Source: Azolla caroliniana (Eukaryota; Plantae; Polypodiophyta). Taken from it: DNA of 64,000 nt. Positions 53,715-64,000 of this stretch are shown here, piece after piece. The stretch covers positions 22,272,657 through 22,336,656 of the forward strand of contig JBHGNT010000010.1 of assembly GCA_043228905.1 (NCBI GenBank). Reading direction: 5' to 3'. The notes under the pieces are model-generated. The model was not told where the DNA came from. It saw only the letters and a program-made list of their open reading frames with translations, and did not search any database. The first letter of the stretch is position 1; the number at the start of each line of letters is the position of its first letter. The translations under genes and the position numbers were made by a program.

Positions 53715-54837
53715 TTTCACATATTAAGTGAGAGAGAGCAGATGTGTGTGTGCATCCCCGCGCCTTGTTTTGTTTTCCCTATTCAAAAAGTGAGGTATCT
53801 ACATACTATCTACTAGTCGTTGCTCCCAAACCACAAATCTTAGTTTCGATACAATAAAAAGGTGCGAGAGAGGGTGGCTATGCTATACATATAGCTTTTT
53901 CTTTGTAAAAAAGTGTATAACATATATGGGTGTGAGCAAGAACGAGCACATGGGTAAATTTACGATGATGGTTGCACATGTAGCACTCATTCCTTATTGG
54001 TATTATACAAGTGTCACAAAGGGCACACCAACATTACCATTGGATTTTGATTGGCTCATGAGGGACAACTTTGCCCCAAGCCATGGGTTTCACTTCACAT
54101 ATTGATATAGCTATAGAATCTGGATAACAATATTTAGTACGGGGTTGAAGAGTTTTCTTAGAGTCACAAATGAGGCCTGGAGAATCACATCTTCTCCAAT
54201 AGAGGCGTTTATGAATAGAAAAATGTAGAATTTGGTGATTTAATAATAATGATGATGATTGTTCATAAGCACAACCTTAAAGTGCATAAATGTCCTCATA
54301 GGAAAATTTATTATTATCATTGGTAAGGACAAATAACATATGCTTTTTTATTAAATGTTTGGATGCAAGTATTAATTAATCCTTGGAAGTTGGGCCATTT
54401 GTAGTGCTTAATAGCATTCACATTATGTATCTATCATCATATCCATCGGTATTCACATTTCTGGCAAGCTAAAGCCTTACATGTATCCCACTTGTGTTTG
54501 AAGTTGAGCCTAATAATGTATTGGAGGTGTGATCAAGGCCTTAACTCTACCTTTGAAGAAGCTTGATGTAAATGCATTCATAATGCTACAATTTAAGAGT
54601 AGCGGTGTGGCTATTTTCTAGTTTCTATGCATAAGGTGAGGTATCACCATGCAATTGTTACAAACTATTTGTTTTGCTATTTGCAAGGGAGGCATTAGAA
54701 ATCAAATGAGGAGAAATGCAGGACCCTAAAACCAATATCACAATTTCCAGATTTTCTTAAGAGTTAATTATGGCCATAGCTAGAAAGGTACAATCTTGAA
54801 TGATCACCCAAATATAACTGAAGCAGGGATAACCTCC

Positions 54838-55185
54838 ATGCACTAGCCATAACTGGGTTAATGATCTAACAAAATCCTAAATCACCACCAAGTGCTAGCT
54901 AGAAGGACGACATTGCCTCTACAATGTGAAATATACATGTCATATAGCCTAAATCTTTGTTTTAATCTCAAGTATGCAACAACATTTTCAAAGTAACAAA
55001 CACCATTGCGACAAGTGGATGCACTAGCCATAATTGGGTGAATGAACTAACAAAATTCTAAACCACCACCAAGTACTAGGTGGAAGGACAGTATGGTCTC
55101 TACATTATGACAATTTTACGTGTCATATAGCCTAAATTTTTGTTTTAATCTCAAGAATGAACAACATTTTTCGAAGTAACAAACT
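54838..55185. repeat. ~180-bp tandem duplication downstream of ARL8
   Basis: atgcactagccataa.tgggt.aatga...gtcatatagcctaaat.tttgttttaatctcaag...aagtaacaaac starts at 54838 and 55019. Confidence 0.85.
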
Positions 55186-55486
55186 GCTTGCCCATCGCAA
55201 CAAGCTGATGAACATAATGTTCATATATTTATCATTTGGTAAGGGTATAAACCTATCTTCATCATTCTTGTGTCTTTCTTCACATTGTATCGTTAGAGAA
55301 TTAGTGAGACATTTGACCCTAACAAATGCTTCTATTGGATATCACACTTTGTTATTTGATATGAAATGGAAACCCAAGATGACCGACCAGAACAACTACC
55401 CTAGTTTTATAGCCATCCCCAAGGTTTCACACAAGTAATAGACTACACAATGGGATGACAAAGTCATCTTCACCTATGCTATCTAA

Positions 55487-57367
55487 TTAACTTTTAATTT
55501 TTGAATGTTTTACAAGCCAATCAATCACAACATCAATATTTGTTGAATTTTTGCAGGAAATCGTGTAGCAGCAAACTTCACGATCAGATAGAGCCGCAAG
55601 ATTCCTGCAGATTTTAGAAGAAAGAAAAAATGAGATATCGTAGAATATGTTTATTTATGCGAGTTAAACTGGGAACAAACTGAGAATGGATGGTAAATTG
55701 TCACATTTCAGCAATGAAAGCTTGCTTGGATAATGCTTCAGATTGCTTATCGATTTTGTTTCCAAGCACAAGGAGTGGAATTCCAGTTAAAGAAGGCTTG
55801 CTTAACAAATCATGGAGCTCATTTCTTGCAATTGATATGTTCTCCCTATCTGCTGCATCGACAACATATCTGGAGAGGGGGGGAGGGGTTATGGCAATAA
55901 TATATATCAGGACATTCTTATATTTAATGACATAACAATATGTATGATGATTCTGTTGTTGAACTTCATAGTGCGTTACTTACACAATAGCTGATACACC
56001 CCGGCAATATCTTTCCCACATGCTTCTGAAGCGAGGTTGACCTCCAAGATCCCAGAGCTTGATAGTAACATTTCCTCTAGTCACTTTCCTCATGTTAAAT
56101 CCAACCTGCAATGGAACACTAATCCTTGAGTCTTGACAAGAATCATAGGTAAGTTATGACAGCATCTTAGCAAAGTTATGACCATTGAGAGAGAGAAGAA
56201 CGATGGATATATTCATGTCTACTAGAGGCCAAAATCGACCCATGAGACAAATTGTGATTGCAAACATCTGCGGATTCTTGCTATCTATACCTCAGCAAAA
56301 ATAAAAGCTTTAGGTTTCCTAAAGCTCCGTGATCCTGATCTTAATGCATGTGGTGGAAGGAGTTTTGGAGATGGTTTACAAGCATGAAACATATAACTAA
56401 TATGTGTGCCGACTGAGTAGCGGTGATTGGACATCGTATCCGAGGCTGTTGGTGCAGTAGAACAGGCTATGCTGAAGCTCAACAAGTGCATCTAGGTTTC
56501 CTCTAGCAGATCAAACATGGTGAGAAATTATCTCCATGATCTGGTGTTGCAATGGCACATGTGCCTTATATCCTGGTACACAAACGCCTTTGTTGTCATC
56601 AGCGTTCCTCTGCTTTCCCAAGCTGACCTCTCAGCACGTTGTCAGTGGAGCTATGAAGCTATGGCAGAAATCATGTGCGACATTGCTTCCCGTATGCTAC
56701 TACAAGATTCATTTCATTTACTCATCTAGCTGTCAAGCATAAATCGTTCACATCTGATATTTTCCAATTAATAATCTTGCTGTATTTATTTGTTGATTTA
56801 AGAACTTTCAGATAATATATTAGATATAAAAACAAAGAATTGAGGCCCATCACAACATCTTGGATGTCCAATAGAAATCAATCCTCTTGCACACAATGTT
56901 TACAATTCTGTATATTATTTGTGCGTGACAGAAATTTTCCTAATGTTTAATTTCCCCATCCCTGATGCAAGATGGTGCAAAACTAATTTACAAACTAACC
57001 CATCCCTCTTCCAACCCTTCATATAGTCAAATTACATTAAACTTGTGAGGTATAGCAAGCTCGAAACTGCCTATTAATTAATTTCTCTCTCAAACCGGCT
57101 TTAGTTTTAAACAGATTATCACCAAGCTTTTAAACAAGGGTAAGATCTTACCGTAGGAATCATGTCCTCACTATATCCACAAGTCTGCAAATACAATGTC
57201 CAAAACATGTCCATCATAATCACTCCAATTATTGATGTATTAAATTCAAAACTTCATCCACTAACGTTACCGCTATCACATTCACCAAAGATGTCTTTCC
57301 AGCATTTTGTAACCCAATTAAGGAAAGCTCCATTTCTTGCTTGAAGAAAAAGCTGTGATTATCCAAT

Positions 57368-57425
<58 letters not shown>

Positions 57426-58303
57426 TGTCGTTTAGACGCACATATATGTGAACTCTATACTATGCACTGAAAACTATTAAAATAATTAGAAAAACTTGCA
57501 AGTTCTGTGCTAACTAGTACGTGCAATAACTGAGACCAGTATTTTATGCAAAATAAAAGCAATGAAGTTACAATCGTCTGCTTATTGAGTAGTTGTATAA
57601 TAAAACTTTAGGATCAAACAGCATGGGATGAGAAAGAGAAAAAATATACACCAATTGGTTTCCATGCCCATCATTTGAAAATAAAAAGCATAGCACAATT
57701 CTCAATTATGCTGCAAGTTGCAACAAACACGTTCATTAATTTCTTGCTCAAAACTTGTGTCATTTAGATTTATCCTTCAATGTGCATGCATCATCGGTTA
57801 CTATACATATATTTAAGATTTTATCGAATTGTATTGTGTTTTTGCTCCTTGCATTTGAAATAAATTGGATAGAATTTAGTATCTCAAAACTAGTCTAAGA
57901 GCATTTTAATTAGTTCAAAGCTGAGAAGGGGGTGATGACCAAGAAACATATAATCATCCACATTTGAAAGGAAAAGAAAAAACTTCTCCAACAAATTGAC
58001 TATTAAATATTGAGCAGAATTAGTTGTTTTTTCTATGAATTTCCTCTTCTCTCTCTCAATGTTACCTATTCTACATGTTTCATCACTCGTTTTCCCCTCC
58101 CTCTTTCACTAGCAATGTCACCATGACGATGACGAAAGAAGAAATCATGGAGATTCGATTAATTTCACAAAATGTCTGCACTCAGATCTATTTATGCTGC
58201 ATCACGTTATGCAAGCAATATTATTCATAAACAATTTAACACATACTAGAATCAATTATACATACCTGCGCAACCAATTGAGGAAGTTTTCCCAAAGACC
58301 CAT
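55487..58303 (-). CDS. ARL8: ADP-ribosylation factor-like GTPase 8 (ARLA1 type)
   Basis: Exons 58303-58266, 57352-57271, 57184-57152, 56105-55984, 55869-55705, 55604-55487. Protein [34 protein letters not shown]...[12 protein letters not shown]...[16 protein letters not shown]...GNKID...DWLVKHSK. Confidence 0.96.
56280..56740 (+). mobile_element. Probable decayed LINE reverse-transcriptase fragment in ARL8 intron 3, antisense to the gene
   Basis: Frameshifted reading [30 protein letters not shown] resembles the plant LINE 'LxKxxGGLGxxxLxxxNxAxxxKxxWR' segment. Contains multiple stops. Confidence 0.4.
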
Positions 58304-58545
58304 TGTTGTTGTGGGAGATGAAGAAAACACACAGTTAGGGGGAGATGGGCAGATAGATTAGATCAGTTGTGGCTTTGACGTGCGTGCTTATATGCACGTG
58401 GTTTCTCGAAAGCATTCAAAATTAGTGAATCGCCTATTTTAACGTAGTTTTAACAGTCACGATACTGAATTGCAAAGATAGCCAAGTAATCCTGGAATTG
58501 CTTTCTTTAATGCGATTATACACTACATACATACATAGATTGCTT

Positions 58546-58579
<34 letters not shown>

Positions 58580-59648
58580 CAAAAACGCAATTCGTGTTGG
58601 TGTTGGTGTTGGGGAGGGGACCTCTTCTCTTTTTATATTTACTTTTCAACGTGGTACTTAGTACTTACCGGTGTCCAAACGCACTAAGCCCATTGGGGAT
58701 GATGGATGGGTGTTGTTCCCATGCCATGGCTTGTTTGTTGAACTAGAGCATTCATCCCCCCTCACTCACGACCAAGCTTGACCCCCGCATTATCTTTGCC
58801 TACCTTTTTTACTTAAGTAATTATACTTACAATGATTGCCATTTTTAAACCCATGCTCTTCATAACTTCAATGTGGTTAAAGTTCCAACACACACACACA
58901 CACATTGCTCGAAAGGCTCTTTACATTTAAGGTGGACGTACACCTACTATTCTCCCTAAAAGCTATAAATAACAATTTGAAGGAGAGTCTAAACTTGTGA
59001 TGCCTTGATACCAACTATAAAGTTTCAACCATAACCACGGGTGTGGCATTATGAAACAAATCGACTGAAAAAGGTGTCGGTGGTACTCATTTAGAGAGTG
59101 ATGATGCTCCCCCCCGAACCACTACATGTCCTAAGGAGTTGGCTATATAAACGAGATAATTCGTAGATTTCTCAGAGATGAGTATAAAAGTCATCTAGAA
59201 GAAATTCATAGAAAGGAGTTGGCCTTTGTAGATTCGATTGAGTTGAGTGTGTAAGTCATGTCGACAAATTTCCCCTCATTAGCACAAGGGCATTTAGTGT
59301 TGTGTTTGCAAGTTTTTGTGCTTGTATTAACTTGGGTATGACTTTTAAATATGTTTGTGCAAAGGTGCATGATTATGTGTGTTTGTGCGAGTGCATACAA
59401 GTTTTGCGTTGAATGGTGTATGTGTATGTATATGTATATTGATATGCTTATGCCGGTGTTTTTGCTCATTGAAGGGTGTGTGGTCACACGTGTGAGAATA
59501 TGAATGTGTGAATATATTATTGTGTTTAAGTTGGAGTCTACATATGTATTGTGTCTCTCCACGGTTCCGTGGGCCTCCCATCCTGCTACTGCTAAGGTTT
59601 GCGCTGGAGCTTCATCACATTCATCTTCGACAGTTAGGCCTGACCACC

Positions 59649-59649
<1 letters not shown>

Positions 59650-59704
<55 letters not shown>
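59650..59704. repeat. (CTAT)n tetranucleotide microsatellite
   Basis: Directly visible. Other SSRs lie at 4897-4933 (AT), 5855-5907 (CA/CT), 6768-6816 (CA), 7017-7059 (GA), 32264-32299 (CTT) and 57373-57422 (CT). Confidence 0.9.
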
Positions 59705-61218
59705 GATCATTGATAAGGAGGCCAGATAGATGCTCTTCATCGAACCTCCAACTTCTATGCTCTTTGCTTACTTACCATCACCCGCCAATTGGGAGGTCTA
59801 GGCCTCGGGGGTGACTCCACTTTCATTTTGCTCTTTATTGCCTAAGTGACTCAGACTTTGAATGTCCTCTTCCTGTGGGCTATTTTTCTGGTTGAGGTGG
59901 TTCGAGACTTCAGCCCAATCTATGAGCTTGTACATCTCTTGTCAATCAGTTTCCACCAAGAAGATATGCTCTTGATAACCCATTTAAACAAGTAGGACAG
60001 GGTGCTCTTCTCAATCTCATTTTTGGCACACAACAATTAAAAATATAACAGCCTTACATTCATTGGTTGCCAAAACCTATAAAAAGCATTGTATAAACCT
60101 TCATTTATAGAAAACATGACATACTGCAATTTAGAGTGGTCTTGCTTTCAACTTTTATGTTTACCATTGTCGTCCACTTCTTGTGTTTTTGGCATGATTG
60201 ACATCCTGTGATAACATAACTTATAGAGGTATTCTTTACAAAGGCTGGTTTAGCTTGGAGTTGCCCCTTCAATTATTTGTTAGAGAGAAATAGTTATTTT
60301 ATGACTTCTGTACGTGTCAGATGTTCTCACCATGCCAAGCGTTCAGCAATTGGCATGTCCTATTTCTAGTACATCAAGACGACATACTGGTGGGATTGGT
60401 AGATAAAAGGTGTCAATGATGATTTGGCATATGAATAGCCACTATTTTTAACCAACGCTATCATATCATCATCACATCCATGTCCTCGCCATCATTCAGA
60501 AAGATTCCTTCCACTGTCAAAGCCTTCAAAACTACTACACTATGTAATAAATTATTTAAACCTTTTTTTCTGATACGTTGAGGTGCTTAGGAATAAGCCG
60601 CAAATGCTTAGGAGTATCGTAATCCACGCCTTTTGATTCCTTATATGCATGCAACTAAGCTTTATACATCTAAAGAGCAATGCAGCAAAAAGTAACAAAC
60701 ACAAGTACAAGCAGAACCAGACACTGTCTTACCACGTATCAGTTTATGTAGCATTAATTAATCAAAAGACAACTCCACAGAATGTTGTGCTTGTATAAGT
60801 TGTATATTACAAAATGAAGAGATATTATTCTCTTGCTATCATTCATATTTCACATGCTGATATGCCTAAATCTTGGATGTTGCTGTGAAACAAATTTAGA
60901 ACCACGCAGTAACAGTAAAAATGGCAATCTGGGTAATATCTGCTTGCTTGTAAACATAGGGAGGAATTTGTTACAAAGCCAAAAGCTAGATCATACATGA
61001 TTTGGGCCTAAATCTTTGAGATTACCTGGCGGTCATCATGAGCAACGCTTGTCCTAGTATACCTTGCCGTATAACTTCGCCATTCTGATATCTCACGATA
61101 TCTCACAGTAACAACACTACATATATTGCATCCCCAAACTCCCTTTCATGGATATACTGCAAATTATACATGTGGATAAGTGACACATATATTGTATTGC
61201 GCATTTAAGAGTGTTGCA

Positions 61219-64000
61219 TCATCGTGGTCCCGATAGTTCAACTGCCTCGAGTATCAAAGAAGAGTCTTCAAGGACATCCAAGTACCGATGAGGTATAATT
61301 TCTACACTCTGATTATGCCTTCGCTCTACCTCAGCCCTTTGCCATGCTTCCCATCTTTCTACTAGGCCATCTCCTTCCAGCATGCGAAGCACTTCCGACA
61401 TCTTTGGCCGGTCAACAGGATCGAACTGAGTACACAATAGAGCAATCTGTACCATCTCTTCTAGTCCAACTGGCACAAACTCTTGTTTGAATTCTGAATC
61501 CAGAAGCTCATTCAATTTCTTCTCTTGTTGGAGCTTTTTCACCTGTAAAAAAATTAAGACATGAGAAAACATCAACTAATGATTAGGCGGCTAGCTAGCT
61601 AACCCTTAGGCAACAAGTAAGAACATTGCATCTCACCCATTCCAAGAGGACTAGGCCTCTTTGGTTAGATGAACGTCCAAAATCGATAGCTCTTTGTCCA
61701 GTGATAAGCTCCAGCAGAAGAATCCCAAATCCAAAAACATCAGTTTTCTCTGAAGATTGCCCTGTAAACAAGTATTCCGGTGCAATATGCCCAACAGTTC
61801 CACGAACGGTTGTAGTGACATGTGATTGCCGATGGTCTAAGAGCTTAGCAAGTCCAAAGTCTCCAACAACCGCCTCAAACTCCTCGTCCAAAAGTATGTT
61901 GGCTGCTTTCACATCCCGATGAATAATTTTTGGATCACATTGTTCATGTAGATAGAGCAGTCCACGTGCAGCACCTATGGCAACACGCTTCCGAGTTGGC
62001 CAATCAAGAACAGGCTTTTCTGCAATTTCATCATGTAGATTAGATGCCTATTCATTAGAAACCAGGTCTGTAGCATAGCATTCTAAGCAGAACCACTTAC
62101 AAATTCTCACCTTTCAGGCGAGAAGCAACACTACCATGCGGCATATAAGGATAGACAAGTAGACGTTCAGTTGGTGTTACGCAGTATCCTATCAAGCGTA
62201 GTATATTTCGATGCACAGCAAGACTGATCATTTCAACTTCCATTTGGAATTGGACCTCCCCGCCTGCAGCATTCATGTCTTTCAGCCTCTTTACTGCAAC
62301 AACCGTGTTATCAGGTAGAGATGCCTTGTATACATTGCCAAATCCACCTCGTCCAAGTATGTTACTGTTGTTAAAGTTGTCCGTTGCAACCTGCAGCTCC
62401 CTGAACGAGAATCGTTTGAGCTGCCCCAGGCACACTTCAGATTCACCACGTTCTGAAATTTATAAAGATATGCCAAACTTCAATGATGATATTGTATGCA
62501 CCGAGAAGAAATGTTTTATCTTTCTTATACAACAGACTCTTTCATTACTCTTACCTGTATCAAAGAAAACCTGCTGATTATGTCGCCGTCGCCAAACCCA
62601 GAATACACTTAGTGTTAGCAATATTGATAGAATAGAGCCAGCACCTGTCCCAATCGCTATAGCTTCAACCTTTGATCGCCCTTGTGTTCCTTGTAAGGGA
62701 GCTGACACAAGGTTGAAGATTATCAATGCTTTTCTAAAGAAGGTATGATAAGGTCTACTGTCCATGCCAATCCAAGCTAAACGGTAAGATGGATGCAAAC
62801 CTGGTGGTGAATCTGTGGGTAAAGACAAAGACACCGGGGGTTCACCAGGACAGACACGAAGAGAGCCATAACCACATAACAGTGGGTTTCCAACCACACT
62901 GTAAACAACAATAGCCATGTCTTTATCAAGTGATGAAAGCAGAGAAAAACAGATTTAATCCCTTTCCGAATATTTTTACTTGAAGGTTGTAGGTGACATA
63001 TGTGGCACACGTCCACTCAAATTATTGTAGGAGAGATCCCTGAAACAATAGTTGGGAATGTGAAAGTTGATTTAGCTTCTTCTCTTTCTCTGAGTAGTTC
63101 TTTTACTTATGAATACAAAGATTTGAAATTAGATTTCCCAACATTACTCTAGAAGCATTTATAGCTTATTTATACAGATTTCCATTTGCAGGAACAAGTT
63201 ACAAGGTTTTGAAAATATGTTACACAACCAAGTTGTATCCACAAACCTGCAAAGAAAGCTCACGTCTACCACAAATTCCCTTTACTCTATTAGCAATAGT
63301 GGGTATGATGGAACGTGATAATTTCAAAGATAACTTGAATCGTTTTCATGACACATTACCATATGAGGTAAGATGGGTTATTTGCACCATGACATGCTTC
63401 AGAGGAGAAGATTCAGACACTCACATTATAGACTAAATAAAATAAAATAAAGTGATCATCTGAAAGGAAATGTGGCCATCACATTAACAACAAATTCGAT
63501 GAGAGAATAATACAAGAATAAGCTGTGAGAGAGATGGAGACTGGAGATTGGAGATTGGAACAACCCCAGCATAAAAAATCATTGATTGGATGGCTTGCTT
63601 GACTCTTTGAAAGTGCGGAAGTAAAACTTGCTATTTAAATGAAAATATAGTGAGGGACAGATAAAATACATTGGTTGAAAGTGAGTATTGTGTAATTGTA
63701 TTGTTTGTGTTCTGACAAGATCAAAGCCTCAAAATCTAAATATATTTTCAGTATCGCATTGCCACAGGTATCCATTACTCTTGATACAATCATAGAACGA
63801 GATGGGAATTCTTACAGATAGTCGAGAACATCAATATCAGAGAACCATGTAGGAAAAGTTCCAGATAGACTGTTATTGTTGAGTCTCCTACAACGATGCA
63901 CAGCAAACACTCAGAAAAAAAAGTATATATGCTGTGGTTTATTCAGAGGATAGATACTTACAGATAATTTAAACTCCGTAACTGTCCCATAGATCTGGGT
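61219..64000 (-). CDS. LRR-II receptor-like kinase, NIK/CIK-type (SERK relative); 5' part lies beyond the window
   Basis: Exons >64000-63962, 63887-63816, 63039-62980, 62898-62801, 62701-62555, 62452-62111, 62019-61637, 61542-61219. LRRs ([24 protein letters not shown]), GNPLLC cap, TM segment, [55 protein letters not shown]. Confidence 0.94.

Noticed and set aside
55605-55704. Possible U12-type intron in ARL8 (weak GTGAC donor)
   Set aside because: No RTATCCTT donor or TCCTTAAC branch consensus; it is an ordinary GT-AG intron.
56280-56740. PPR pseudogene fragment in the ARL8 intron
   Set aside because: The resemblance was superficial; the frameshifted reading fits a LINE reverse-transcriptase segment better.

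Overview
Eukaryotic land-plant nuclear DNA: AT-rich, GT-AG introns and many microsatellites. It is most likely a fern, judging from the PLS-class PPR gene and its 'WTD'-type PG box; this is an inference. I reconstructed 13 protein-coding genes by hand from splice signals and family motifs: a TGA bZIP factor, PMT20/21-like methyltransferase, RCE1/UBC12, plastid LPAT1, a PLS-PPR protein, IRX10-like GT47, SRC2-like C2 protein, a small acidic orphan-like protein, S-formylglutathione hydrolase, CSLC, ARL8 and a 5'-truncated NIK/CIK-type LRR-II receptor kinase. That list is 12 genes; a possible 13th transcription unit is seen only as a minus-strand leader near 5.4-5.6 kb. There are no CRISPR arrays, rRNA, tRNA or prokaryotic systems. 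The most unusual item is the PPR gene (27677-30042, minus strand). Removing a 68-nt intron puts an OSB-type 'PDF' ssDNA-binding motif in frame at the N-terminus of a 17-repeat PLS RNA-editing-type array, which ends in E1/E2 and a truncated DYW region. Also notable: a ~480-bp fold-back element, an exact 343-bp tandem duplication and a splice-donor-spanning repeat array inside the PMT gene, microsatellite-encoded homopolymer runs in CSLC, and a presequence-like extension on SFGH.
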